Origin: Selaginella moellendorffii
Taxonomy: Eukaryota; Plantae; Lycopodiophyta
Length of the DNA: 64,000 nucleotides
Assembly: GCF_000143415.4 (NCBI RefSeq)
Contig: NW_003314313.1
Span: forward strand, 1,205,430 to 1,269,429
Reading direction: 5' to 3'
Shown: piece by piece, positions 13,260 through 25,900 of the stretch
Numbering within the stretch: the stretch's first letter is position 1
Layout of the letters: each line of letters opens with the position of its first letter
Notes under the pieces: generated by a model
What the model was told of the DNA's origin: nothing
Seen by the model: the letters and a program-made list of their open reading frames with translations, nothing else
Databases searched by the model: none
Made by a program: the position numbers and the translations under genes

Positions 13260-14554
13260 CTTGTCCTCTCCCTCGCTCATGAATGAATGAAAATTCATTC
13301 CCTTGCCTCCTCTGCTTGCTCTCGATTATGCCATCTCGACAACGGCACACGGAGAATGTGGATTGCACAAAGTGGTGCCGCAATCTCACCGGATTTCGCC
13401 CCGCCAGATAAGAGAATCGGTGGTGGTTCAATCGTTGGCCACACTAGAGGGGGATGGCATTCTTAGATGGTGGCGACAGCAGCTCATCAAGGATCTGGAT
13501 TGGGACCCCGCAGCATGGAAATGAGGAGCAAGGAGCTTCTTCTCCTTTGGCGTCAAGGAAGCAAGGGATGGTCTCTTGACCAGCAGGGAGGAGGCCCAAG
13601 GGGAGATCCCCAAGCTCTGGAAGAAATGGATCGAGTAAGGAGTTGAAGCAAATTAGGTGGTGGACAACACGCTTGCATTCTGGAAACTACCAGTACAGAA
13701 GAAAGTCAAGGCCACCTCTTGGTTGGTAGCAAATAACGGGCTGCCGGTAGGATAGTGGTTCCAAGAAGAAGTATACCGACAGTGCAAGGAGTGTGGCGAG
13801 CTAGAGATAGTGCAACATGCCCTATGGGAATGTGACGTGGCGAGAGAAGTATGGCGACAGATCTTCAAGGCGACGGAGGAACTCGGAGACATTCCAGAGT
13901 TTGAGGCTCGGAGTGGGGATATCCTCCACTGGTTTGAGGGAGCTAGAGGTCTAGCCATTGGTCTAGCTTGGAGGCGTATTTGCTGCTATGGACGACACAA
14001 ATGGAACATGCGAGTCCGGTGGGATGTGACAGGGGCTGAAGTTGGATGTCCATCTGGGAGGCATTGGCCCATTTGGAGGGCAATAGGAGTGCAGGCACTC
14101 TGGGAGGTACAGAACCATTGTCGCTTTGATGGGCAACAAGCGAGAATATCGACAGTGGTGGCATCATGGTGGAGACTCACTCTTGCAGTGGTGCGTCTTC
14201 ACTACACCATCCTTAAAGAGCGGGCAAAACCGAAGCAGCTCGAGGAGTGGAGATCTAGGTGGCTCCCATGCTTCGGCAAATTGGGAGGTGGCGAGATTCG
14301 CTAGCAGTGGCGCCCCCCAGACTCTGTTCTAAGGTCAGCTCGTGGGGGAGACTTGGACATTGACATGATTCGCTCAAGACGACCACGTCCACTTCTACTC
14401 CAGGACTAGGTCCAGCTGCGACATATGAGGATCACGTAGAGTAGCTCATAGAGAGGGTGGCACGCCCAGTTTTTGTATTAGTCCCATTGGGATATGGAGA
14501 ATGTACATACACATTTAGTGATTTTGCCGGATTGCAGCACTGCGGGCTGTCTTT

Positions 14555-14590
14555 AACCCTAAACACCTAAATGCGCCTAAACCCTAAACC
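14555..14590 (+). repeat. Degenerate telomeric repeats at the LINE/chromovirus junction
   Basis: AACCCTAAACACCTAAATGCGCCTAAACCCTAAACC. Confidence 0.75.
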
Positions 14591-15784
14591 AAGCACATGG
14601 TGGGCAAGGACGGGCTCAAGGTGGACCATGAGAAGGTCCAAGCGATCCAGGATTGGGAGCAACCATCGAATGTACACGAGTTAAAAGCATTCTTGGGGCT
14701 ATGCAACTATTATCGAAAGTTTATCAAACACTATTCGAGGGTAGCCCTACCCTTAATGGACCAAACGGGAAAAGGGAAGATGGTATGGACAGCAGAATGC
14801 GAGGTGGCATTTGTCCACCTCAAAGGGAAGTTGAGGAAGGCTCCTGTGTTGGCATTACCAAACTTTGGTATGGACTTTGAAGTAGAAATGGATGCTTTGG
14901 ACTTTGCGTTAGGCACAGTTTTGAAGCAAGACAACCATCCAGTAGCGTTCTTCTCGAAGAAGTTAGACAAGGCTCAACAAAAGTGGCCTGCCCATTGTTT
15001 GCGGTGGTCAAGGCGCTCAAGGAGTGGTGACACTACCTTGGGAGACACTTCAAGGTTACACAGACAATGTGGCAACGAAACACTTCTTATCACAGCCTGA
15101 CCTGAGAGGGAAACAGGGTCGGTGGGCCAATGCTTTGGCTGAGTTTGATTGCGAGGTTCTGTACAAGCCTGGGAAGAACAACATCGTGGCGGATGTGCTA
15201 AGTTGAAAAGCGAGCTTGAAGTTAGCAATATCCAGCGCGACAGAAACCTTTTGGGATGATATGCGGACAGCATATGAGAACGATGGTCTAGCATATGAAG
15301 TGTTGCTGAGGAATCTGGAGGCACGGGAAGCTCACTAGAGAGGTGAGCTACCAACGGAAGAGAAAATGAGCTATACGAAACGCAATGGACTTATCTATTA
15401 CAAGAAAACGAGGGTGTACGTTCCAGAAGGGGAACTAAGGAAGGTAGCCTTAGAAGAGTGTCATGACGGACCTCTTGCGGGACACGGTGGAGTACCCAAG
15501 ACAATGGGCTTACTCAAGAGGAAGTATCACTGGCCAAATATAGTTAAGGATGTCCAAGACTATGTAAAGACATGTCCAACATGTCAGTAGGTCAAAGCCG
15601 TGACTAAGGCGAGTGGGGGCTTGTTACAAAGAATCCCAATTTCAGATCGTCCGTGAAAATGTCTTATGATGGACTTCATCACGGGACTCCCCCAAGCGAG
15701 GGGTGGAGAGAACTCTCCTAGAACAGTATTGCACCAAGTTGAAATTTAGCACAGCTTATCACCCACAGACAGGTATTGGGTATT

Positions 15785-18700
15785 TGTGAGACACAAAATC
15801 CCTATGGCCCAAAATGGAGCCAGAAAGGGTGCCACGTGGTAGTGGCCGAAGGACTTATGGAGGTTGTGAATGAGACTCCTCCAAGTGGTCGGAGGTGTGG
15901 TTAAGTGACTAAAGTAGAATGAAAAATTTAGTCGCTTACAACTTGGTATCAGAGCTGTTCCTTAGTCCGACTCTTATTAGTGGCCAAGTATATCACTGCT
16001 TGTATTGGAATCGGAGGGTCCTAGATATGGACCTATCCTCGAGGAGTAGCATGTCGAAAAGACATGGCTCTCCACTCAAGTTCATGCATGAACTTGCGCA
16101 CGATGTGGTGGATGGAAAAAGGGCCAGTAAGGGAACAACTTTGGGATCATGGGAACAGTATAAAGGTTTCTTCATAGAGTTTAGGATGTGATCCAGATGA
16201 GCGTTTGACTTTGCAAACTAGCTAATGTAGTTGTGGTAAACAACTATAGTTAGGATCACAGGAAAGATAAAGACTCCAAAACAATAAAGGAGTCACAAGA
16301 TTATCCTCATATATTTGAAGTGGGTGCTCATGAATGTGAGACCAGAAGTAATGACCGCGGGAGGTCAAATACGGAAAAGGACACAAGTCCTTGAAATGGT
16401 AGCCGGAGCTACCTCTAATAAATGCTAGAACAACCCAAGGAGGTGGGGGTGTACTTAGAGGATGAGTTGGCATTCTTATCACATGGACAAGTGGTCCTAA
16501 GGGGCAAAGGTTAACCCCAAGAAAATCATCAAGTGTCAGAGTAACACTTGCAAAGATTATCCTTGTGAGTAGGACATGAATACAAGAAGTGTATTCCAGT
16601 GAGTTGGGACCTCTAAGACTGAGACCTCGCACTTTGTTGGATTAGCAAAGTCCAAAATGCTGGATGACTCAAGCGGAGTCAGGGAATGGTCCTAAGGGAT
16701 TGGTTGAAGCATTTAGACTGAGGTGTATGGTGCCCCATGAGGTATGGGGAGGATCATAAGATCCAAGTATGAGAACAGTAGGTATCTCATTAATGGCCGA
16801 ATGTGCCATACTAAAGTTGTGGGAAAGATGTTCCCAGAAAAAAAAAACAACTTTGGCCCAGAGTTGGGTACAAGCACTATGGTGCCGTGCTAACGGATAG
16901 TTAGCATGAGGAACAACTATATTGGTCTTGGCAAAGACCTAGACACTAATAAGTAGTGTCATAAGGGTAGGCTCGTGAGGCCGATGGTGTGGAGACACCA
17001 AATGTGCCAAGGTGTGATACCTTGAGGTTATGATGGTGGGTTCATAAAAACCCCTTGCCAAGGGAATCCCAACGGAAGTGGGAATGGCATAGCCTAAGCT
17101 GCAGAGCATGCAGTTGGAGTGTGGTGACGCAGATAATGATGGAGGTGTGGAAGCACCAGCAATGAGTTGTAGGACTTGACAACTATGAGGCAACTAAGCA
17201 AGAGGTGCAAAAATAATTGGTTAAACGAGTAGAAGGTAGCTACCCAAGCCTTCTTAATGGCATAAGGAAGTTGAATATACCCTTACGGGGGATAAGTTGT
17301 TTATGTTGCCATATAGTAAGTCAATGTCATGAAAGGAAATACTCATTGTCAAGGAAGCCGTCATTGGGACACCCGAACACTCTAGAACACCAGGAGGTGG
17401 TGTTTGATGTCGCGAGGGTAATAGATAAGGCCCGAGGGACTAAGTCCCTAGTGAATGATGGATAGAAGGTGCTATCCAAATGTCCAAGGTGGCGGAGACA
17501 GGAGAAGACTTTCTACTCAAATTGGACAAAGCCAAAAATGGAATTTTGGCAAGGCTAGCGATGGGTATGCAAAGGCCCATAAGCAACAATGTAATCTCGG
17601 TGTGTGGGATTATAGGGTGAGCATACCTGGATTGAGGAACCACTCCCTAGGCTATCGGATAGGTTCATCCCTAAGAATACTTGCTAAGGCATGATAGAAA
17701 GTGCAAAGCTATCCTCCTGGTCTGGAGGAGAATGACTGAAGGAAAGGTGTGAAGCCAAAAGCAAGAAGTAAGGGGGTAGAACCGAACCATAGGAATCGAA
17801 GGGCATAACCAAGGTTGGTTATCCCAGCTGGGAGTGGAGAATTAAGTGGGGGCTCGAGGGTGTTGCCGCTAGCAACCGTGATGCCATGGAGAGTCTAAAA
17901 TATGGAATTGTCCATGTTAGACTATATGGTAATTGGAAAGCTTGCAAAAAAGGAAGCCTTATCAAGCTAAGGGATAGAGTTCCTTCAATGTTCCCAAAGA
18001 TGATTTTAGGTAGCTTAGTACCTAGAAAGGCAAAGCGTAAATGGTTCAAGGAACGCGCGAAATCAGAGTGGCACAGCAGAAGCGTGGTCTTGAAGCTTGC
18101 CATGAGGCAAGGCTATCAAGGTTAGGGAAGTAGTTCCCGAGTGTTCAAAGAGAGGGCTTTGAAAGAAAGTCGATGATCAAGGGCTTTCACGCTTGTGCAG
18201 GAACCATGTTATAGTGGTCGGAGGACTTGCCAAAGCGAGATTGGCAAGTCAGGGGAATAAATACCCTAGTTGAAGGTGATAACTTCAAAAAGGGTGGGCC
18301 ATGGGGCCAAGCATGGAGGAGTCCATGCATGATCACAGACTTGTCAAGTGAAAGGACTTGGCAGTGTGGAGGAACTAGGTTCCTAGGCTGTGATCTATAG
18401 CGCGCTTTGAGGATAAGTTGGTGCACCGGCGTGGGGAGTCACGCCAGGCATCCTGGGTGATGCCGTCCGTAGATGCATATACGGAGGTTGGGTTCGAGTC
18501 CCGACCCTCTAGTGCTTGGGTTCTAGTCCCAAATCGCTAAGGCGTGGTGATGGTTTGGAATATGAGGGCACTCATATTTCGGTGGTCATGGACTCTCAAT
18601 GAGGAGATTGGCTTGGGCACACCGCCGAGCGAGGGATGCCCCGGAGTTGTGATACACGGTTAGATTGTTTAGAGTGAAAGCTCGGCATATCTAACTTGAA

Positions 18701-21431
18701 CACTATGGTGCAAAGGGCACCAAGGACGTGGTGAATGAGATGGGGACACCCAGTCTTAGTTGCTATGGATCCTTGGCCGGAAGGGCTGGCTTGGGCGTAC
18801 TGCCAAGTGTGGGGGATGCCCCTGGGGTCGTAGTTAACAAGTTAAAGGTCTGGAAGACCTAGTACATATTGGCAAACCTGTTAAGGTGCCGAGGTGAGAT
18901 CACTAGGTGATCTTGTGGCTAAATAAGGATAAGGTCCTTGTTTGGGCTAAGGAATAAGGTTCCTAGTTCAAAGTGTTGATTTGAACTATTGATGATAGTG
19001 TGGCTTGGTCAAGGTGACCAAGTGGGAAAAGCACCTTAGGGAAATGAGCTATGTCATTGCGATGGCATAGTGTGTCCAAGGAAAGTAGTCTCTAAAGAGA
19101 CCCATGGGAGGGTCACAAAGTTGGGCCGTGGATAGAGCCCACAGTAGAAGATGGTAAAGAGACTTACTAGGGGTGAACACCCTAGTCTTGGCAAAGCAGA
19201 GCCTTTGCTATGGAATCAAAAGAATACCTCAAGGAGGGAGGTAGAGATTTGGTGTTGCTTGGTGCAACAATCAACGGATAGGAGCAAAAGATGAGTGGCC
19301 AAGAGAGGGCCGTGGAATCCCTTGGAAAGAATCCAAGTGACAAAGATAGGCGAGGAACACTAATGTGTTGGACGCTAACAAATTGCGGGAAAGGAAGTGT
19401 GTTTCCAAGGATGGATTCTGAATTGCTTCGATTTGGCGAAAGTGGAAGCTCCAAGGGAGGGAGCGGTAAGGTAGCCAAATGATAGGGCCATAGACAGCCC
19501 TAGCACAAAGTATGATAAATGGAACTTGGTGCCCAAGGTGGCACGAAATAAAAGAGAGGATGATGGTGCCCTCAAGTAAAGAACTTCCTAGGATGGGAAG
19601 TGGAGTTGCACAATAGGTGCAATGCAAAGTGTTGGAGACACCTAGGAAATTGACTTCCAGAAGTCAAAGAGTAAAAGTTCCAAGGTGCAAATGTTCAATA
19701 GATGGAAATTGAGACTACTCGAGATGGAATAGCGGGATTGACTTAGAGAAGGGTCTCTAAGAGGTTTAATGAGAACTAAACCAATAAAAGGAGAGAACCA
19801 CTACTGTGGTCCAACCAGTCTCCAAGTTGGAGAGACTACCCTCCTTAGAGGATAGGCAAGGCATGGTGAGCCTTTGGTGTCAAACCATTGACGAATATGC
19901 AGAAGGCATGGTGAGCCTTCAATGTCAAACCATTGACAAATATTGGCTAGGTGCCAAGGATGGAAATGGTAACACATGCGGGTGTTACTTAATAAAATGG
20001 TTTACCGTTCGATGAAGCGAGCAATAAGCAAGGCTCCAAAAACGGACCCAAAAAGGACCAACACATGACACGTGGAAGTGTCCGCGATGGAATCCGAGGC
20101 AGACCCGAGTTGGAGTCCAAGATGGAGTCCGAGATGGATCCGAGATGGACCCGAAGTGGAGTCCGAGATGGAGTCTGATATGGAGTCCGAGAAGGACCCG
20201 AGATGGAGTCCGAGATGGACTTGAGATGGAGTCCAAGGTGGACCCGAGATGGAGTCCGAGATGGACCCGAGATGGAGTCCGAGATGGAGCCTGAGATGGA
20301 ACCGAGACCGGGACTGAGATTGAGACCGAGACTGAGACTGAGACCGAGACCGAGACCGACACCAAGACCGAGTCCAAGTCCGAGTCCGAGTCCGAGTCCG
20401 AATACTAATACAGGCAGTTGGGTGAAAGCCCAAAGCGATCGTCCCCTAGGGGGGGGGGGGGGGGGCTGCAGGGGGTTCCAAAAGTATAGTAGGGAGAGTG
20501 TGGGGGTTGGAGCCCAGTGGAGCTAGTTTGGCCAGGAAAGGCCAGTTTGGCCCAGGAAGGCCAGACCCAGTGTTGGGTGATGAGCTAACCACTGGGAAGT
20601 CCAAGACTAGAGTGAACACAGACCGACAAGCAGGGTAGCTTGGTGAAGTGTTCAAGAGCCGGCTCTAGTTCCCCCGAGAGATCGACTAGCCGATGCTCCC
20701 AGTCCAAGTGTGGGTGGCACTACCTTCTTGGATACCAGGCGTGGCTCAACGGAACCTCGCTCTAAGCCCATGGCTAGAGCACCCAAGGGCGGAAGGTGGG
20801 GAGAGTACCCAGGTGGCTCGCGTAAGGCCACGGTGTTCCGAAATATTTTCCCCAAAGGCCCAGACTGTGGAAAGGAAGAGGAGCAGTTCTCTGGAGTAGT
20901 GACCAAGGGCACAATCGTGTGGTGAGGATGTCCCAGAGGATCGTGGGACTTAGTGGTCGGGCCTGTGGGCCTCGATCTAGTGGCAGTGTTGGCAAACACG
21001 GCCAGGGGCAGAAAGGGACTTGGTGGGGACTGACAGAGGGATATTGGGGAAGGGTATTCCCCTTGTCGGTGGGCATCCTAAGGATGCTAAGGAGTGGATC
21101 TGAGATGACCACTCATGGATGGTTTGCCTAGTCTTGAAGAGCCAAGATTGTGATGCAAGTGGTATTCGACTACCAGTGTGGCAAAGGTGATTGGGCATGG
21201 CCTTAGCGTAACAGGCTGCCATGTTGGTGGTACCTTTGAGTGTCGGTCATAGGATCGGACACGTGGAGCACTTGGACCAAGTGCAAATGTTGAGTGGCAT
21301 GGATGCCATTCTCAAGGCTAGCAAGTCCGAAGTCCTGAATTGGACTTATGGAGGTTGTGAATGAGACTCCTCCAAGTGGTCGGAGGTGTGGTTAAGTGAC
21401 TAAAGTAGAATGGAAAATTTAGTCGCTTACA
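15785..21431 (+). mobile_element. LARD-B copy 2, TSD GTATT, inserted in integrase intron 1 of chromovirus copy 1
   Basis: TG...CA ends; GTATT at 15780-15784 and 21432-21436; internally deleted 5' LTR 15785-15940; PBS TGGTATCAGAGC 15944-15955; 3' LTR ~20016-21431 lacks the PPT and its first ~165 bp. Confidence 0.92.
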
Positions 21432-21873
21432 GTATTAAGTCAAGTTTGATGGCACTAACACTTCTTGACAGAGGGACAAATGGAAAGGGTGAATAGGAAG
21501 CTGGAGGATTATTTGTGATGCTATGTCTCGGGAGACCAGACCGATTGGGTAAGTCATTTGGGACTTGTGGAAATGTGTTATAACAACTCACCACAGTCGA
21601 GTATCGGGGTGAGTCCATGGGAAGTCATCAATGGGCGAGCTATTGAAGGTCTTGTGGAACTCGATGTGGCCGAGTATCATGAAGAGTTGCCCGTAGTGGA
21701 GGCATTCACGGAGGAAAAACTCAACATTTGGAATCTAGTGAGGGATTCTTTGGAACGGGCTCAACAAAGGCAAACCAAGTACGGGAACTAAAAGCGCTAG
21801 GATGTAGAGTTCCAAGTTGGAGAGAAAGTGTAAATGAATACCAAAAACCTTAGGCTACCAAGTGGGATCAGCC

Positions 21874-22305
21874 AGAAGTTGACCCAAAGATAAAAATGTA
21901 TGTATTCTTGTATGGAATTGATCTTGAGTTCCTTAAGTAGGTTCGCGGGGCTTTATGAGATTGAGGCACAGATCAGTAGAGTGGCTTACCATCTCCGACT
22001 TCCTCAAAAGATGGGGAAGATGCATCTAGTGTTCCACGTGAACTTACTCAAGCTGTACTTTGAGGGTCTGCTTCGCAAGGACCAAGTAAGAAAGTTGACC
22101 CAAAGGTAAAAATGCATATATTCCTGTAAATGAAGTGATCTTGAGTTCCTTAAGTAGGTTCGTGGGGCCTTACGAGATTGAGGCACGAATCGGTAAAGTG
22201 GCTTACTGTCTCCGACTTCCTCGAGAGATGGGGAAGATGCACCCAGTGTTCCATGTGAACTTACTCAAGCCGTACTTTGAGGATCCGCTTCACAAGGACC
22301 AAGTA
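21874..22305 (+). repeat. ~216-bp tandem duplication covering integrase intron 2 and the GPY/F region
   Basis: ORFs 21900 and 22135 repeat ILSSLSRFxGxYEIEA...KDQVR. Confidence 0.85.
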
Positions 22306-23186
22306 AGACCTTTACCTAAGGTTATCGAAGGGGAAGAGGAATACGAAGTCGAGGCCATCCTCAATGCGAACAAGAGCAAGCGACAAGGACGCGAGGTGAG
22401 AGAGTTCCATGTGAAGTGGAAAGGATTTCCACACTGCGAAGCAACATGGGAACCGGAGGAGAACCTAGCGAACGCGCAAGATCTAGTGGGGGAATTTCTG
22501 CAAGGCAAAACTCTATGTACTTATGCAAAGTTCAATTAAAATATCAATTTGTGAAGTTGAGTAATGGCGTATATTGGGACCCGAAGGTGCACCGAAGGTA
22601 AACTAATTAGCATGGGTTAGCTAGGTCGACCAGGCATAGAGAACTACACTTGACTCCCCGTGGGGATGTTGAATCCGTAGATGTATTTTACTGAGGTTTG
22701 GTTCAAGTCTCAACCCCCTAGTAAAGCAAGGCTGGGTTCAAGTCCCAACCCCATACTAGGGCGTGGTGGGGTGAAAGGTATAGGGAAACCTATATTCTGT
22801 TGTCATGGGCTCTTGGCTGGGGAGGCTAACTTAGGCACACCGCTAAGTGGAGGGATGCCCCCGAAGACATGGTCAACAAGTCGTAGGATAAAAAAGAGAC
22901 GTTCCATGTGGGTATCAAACTTCTTCTATGGGTGGTGGAGTTGTAAGGAACCAACTCCCTAGTGTCGTAGGCTAAAGGATCCCCGGACGCATGACCGAAA
23001 TGACAAAGAGTTCATCGGATGGGACCGAGTCAAAGATTGAGTCCAAGACTGACTTTAAGACTGAGTTCGAGATAGAGTCTGGGATCGAGTTCGAGGCCGA
23101 ATCGGAGACCGAGTTTGAGATAGAGTCCGAGATCCGAATCGGGTCTGAGACTGAGTTCGAGGTCGAGACCAAAGTCGAGTCCAAGA

Positions 23187-23603
23187 TATAAGCTCCTGAG
23201 TTTGGACTTCCCAGGAGGTCACCTAGCCCAGTACTATTCAAACCCAAGGACGCTTAACCCCAAATATCCCAAGACCCTTAACCGATTGGAAAAGGGGGTG
23301 CACTCTTGTTCATGGGCCCTTTCCCTCTATATTTGAACCCTTATGGATCGTTCTCAAGTCGTTCCCTTTGGTTGCTTACAATCCACCACGCTTCCCTGCA
23401 AGTTCACGCCCTCGTGAACGGAAGCTGAGAGCCGCAGCTCTCCCGAGAGCCCCGCTCTCTTGACACCCTACCCCTCGGGTCGAGCCCAGCGGGAGCAAAC
23501 TGGACCAGCCAGATGTCAATCAACATGTGGTGCGATTCCCCTAGCCAACCAACAGAGTCGGACCCGAGACCCCTCTGATACCAAATGTAAGCTTCTGATT
23601 TTA
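23187..23603 (-). mobile_element. Cassandra-like TRIM module (18-nt LTR end remnant, PBS, ~190-bp internal region, PPT, full 3' LTR)
   Basis: Minus strand: TAAAATCAGAAGCTTACA (resembles LTR end AAACTCAGGAGCTTACA) - TT - TGGTATCAGAG (23583-23573) - short non-coding region - PPT - LTR. Confidence 0.8.
23204..23259 (-). promoter_or_regulatory. 5S rRNA-derived internal control region in the 3' Cassandra-type LTR
   Basis: Same 56-nt segment; about 47/56 identities by eye to the recalled plant 5S sequence, with the 3' 20 nt identical. Confidence 0.88.
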
Positions 23604-23619
23604 GGCTCCGATACCAAAT

Positions 23620-24675
23620 TGTAAGCCACAAATTTTTCCTTTCCACTTTGCCAGCTTACCTCGCCTATCCGTCCAACACTGCCTTGGCTTTTGCTAAGTT
23701 CCCTCGCCAAGGTTCTCGCCTATGGTACCAGCTCCTACTTGGTTTCAGCTACTCACTGCACGAGCAACGGAGTGTTAGCCATCCTTCCATGGATTCCCAA
23801 ATCACTCCCAATCCCCCTCCCCGGGTTAGACTGGACTTAAGGTTCGGCTACACTCCCCGCAAGCACAAGCAGCCAAGCACACCAAGCTTCCAGGTTCCTA
23901 ACATCCCTTGGTACCACAAGACTTGATCATGGGACCCTCTAAATCCCAAGTCTTGAGTGCAACGCTTGCTTCGGGATGCCGGGGCGAAACACCGTGGCCT
24001 AGCGGCCCGGTATGGGTACCTCTCGCCCCCCACTTCCATCCCGAAGGAAGGCCCAAGCCCCTAGGAAGGGCGAGGACCAATGAGCCGCATGGTACTCAAG
24101 TGGGGCACCACTCCACATGAGCCGGGAGCACCGCAATCGGTTTCCCTTTCGGGAGTGGGAGCTGCTCTTGAGCACTTCCTTGGATGGCCCCTCCGGCACC
24201 AGCCAAGTCCATGCTCACTCCCACCCAAGGCCCCTCGGTCCCAGTCCCAACCTCAAGTTGGTTTGGAAGCCCAACTGGAGAGTCCCTTCAAAACTGGTTC
24301 CTGGACCTCACTATCCCTACTATACTTTTGGAACCCCCTGCAGCCCCCCCCCCCTGGGAGACGCACGCTTTGGGCTTTCACCCCTTGACCCGTATTAGTA
24401 TTTGGACTTAGTCTCTGGCTCGATCTCGGACCCGATTTCGGATCCGACTTCGGATTCGGGTTCGGACTCAATCACGGACTCGATCTCGGACCCGATCTCG
24501 GACCCGACCTCGGACTCGACCTCGGACTCGGTCTTGGACCCGATTTCGGATCTCGGACTCCGTCTCGAACTTGGTCTCGAACTCGGACTCGAACTCGGTC
24601 CCCGAGTCGGTCTCGGACTCGATTCCGGACTCTATCTCGAACTCGGTCCTAGAGTCGGTCTTGGACTCGACCCTC
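23620..24675 (-). mobile_element. Internalised LTR-C of the chromovirus, with PPT and LTR 5' start deleted, followed by a PBS
   Basis: Homologous to 32117-33487; ends GTGGCTTACA, then TGGTATCGGAGCC (23616-23604); ~150 bp missing relative to 22884-23035. Confidence 0.85.
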
Positions 24676-25402
24676 GACTTGTTGTCCATGTCTCCGGGGG
24701 CATCCCCCCACTTAGCGGTGTGCCTAAGTTAGCCTCCCCGGCCAAGAGCCCATGACAACGGAATATAGGTGTCCCTATATTCCTCACCTCACCACGCCCT
24801 AGTATAGGGTCGGGACTTGAACCCAGCCTTGCTTTACTAGGGGGTTCGGACTCGAACCCAACCTCCGTAGAATACGTCTACGGATTCGACATCCCCGCAG
24901 GGAGTCGGGCGTAGTGCCCTACGCCTGGTCGACCTATCCAACCCATGCTAATTAGCTTACCTTTGGCGCGCCTTCGGGTCCCAACATATGCCATTTGCTC
25001 AACTTTGCAAATTGATATTTTTAATTAAATTTTGCATAAGTACATAAAGTTCTGCCTTGCAGAAATTCCTCCACTAGATCTCGTGCGTTCGCTAGGTTCT
25101 CCTCCGGTTCCCATGTTGCTTCGCAGTGTGGAAATCCTTTCCACTTCACATGGAACTCTCTCACCTCGCGTCCTTGTCGCTTGCTCTTGCGCGCATTGAG
25201 GATGGCCTCGACTTCGTATTCCTCTTCCCCTTGGATAACCTCAGGTAAAGGTCTCACTTGGTCCTTGCGAAGCGGATCCTCAAAGTACGGCTTGAGTAAG
25301 TTCACGTGGAACACTGGGTGCATCTTCCCCATCTCTCGAGGAAGTCGGAGTCGGTAAGCCACTTTACCGATTCGTGCCTCAATTTCATAAGGCCCCGCGA
25401 AC

Positions 25403-25454
25403 CTGCTTAAGGAACTCAAGATCAATTCATTTACAGGAATACATGCGTCTTTAC
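25403..25454 (-). other. Integrase intron 2 (52 nt)
   Basis: AG|GTAAAG...TTAAGCAG|G; removal restores KLTQR-FAGPY; conserved in copy 1 (22106-22157). Confidence 0.85.
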
Positions 25455-25900
25455 CTTTGGGTCAACTTTCGGCTGATCCAGCTTGGTAGTCTGAGGTTCT
25501 TGGTGTTCAGCCACACCTTCTCCCCAGCTTGGAACTCCACATCCCGACGCTTTTGGTTCGCGTACTTAGTTTGCCTTTGTTGAGCCCGTTCCAAGGAATC
25601 CCTCACTAGATTCCAAATGTTGAGTCTTTCCGCCGTGAATGCCTCCACTGCGGGTAACTCTCCATGATACTCGGCCACGCCGAGTTCCACGGGACCTTCA
25701 ATAGCTCGCCCATTGATGACTTCCCATGGACTCACCCCGATGCTTGAGTGTGGTGAGTTGTTATAACACATTTCCGCAAGTCCCAAATGACTTACCCAGT
25801 CGGTCTGGTCTCCCGAGACATAGCATCGCAAATAATCCTCCAGCTGCCTATTCACCCTTTCCGTTTGTCCGTCTGTCAAGAAGTGTTAGTGCCATCAATC

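Larger units (their letters stand above)
10930..13416 (+). mobile_element. Penelope-like retroelement (5'-truncated); RT pseudogene ~10930-12381, no C-terminal GIY-YIG visible
   Basis: PLE RT motifs KPADK(NLG)VVVLD, YFLPKIHK, FDVESLYPSIP, GTAMGSNFA, RYIDDG, QKPLNAYQYLP, SELQRY...ARGYP, PNLGSFLVRAKL*; hammerhead in the 3' region. Confidence 0.88.
7385..14304 (+). pseudogene. LINE ORF2 (APE endonuclease, reverse transcriptase, zf-RVT) with many stops and frameshifts, split by the PLE
   Basis: Fragmentary ORFs 7734, 8328, 8704, 9037, 9313, 9527, 9854, 10201 and 13810 carry successive conserved motifs in the correct order. Confidence 0.88.
5990..14550 (+). mobile_element. Degenerate L1-clade LINE (ORF1 and ORF2), interrupted by a PLE at ~10930-13416
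   Basis: ORF1 with RRM/DUF4283-like segment and CNFC zinc knuckle; ORF2 with EN motifs (INVYAP, LGDFN), RT motifs (NWRPITMLN, DFEKAYDRVDW, VRQGCPLAP, FADD) and zf-RVT (CKEC...HALWEC) resuming after 13417. Confidence 0.9.

Noticed and set aside
23204-23259. Functional 5S rRNA gene
   Set aside because: Only the internal ~56 nt match; no 5' half or oligo-T terminator; embedded in an LTR.
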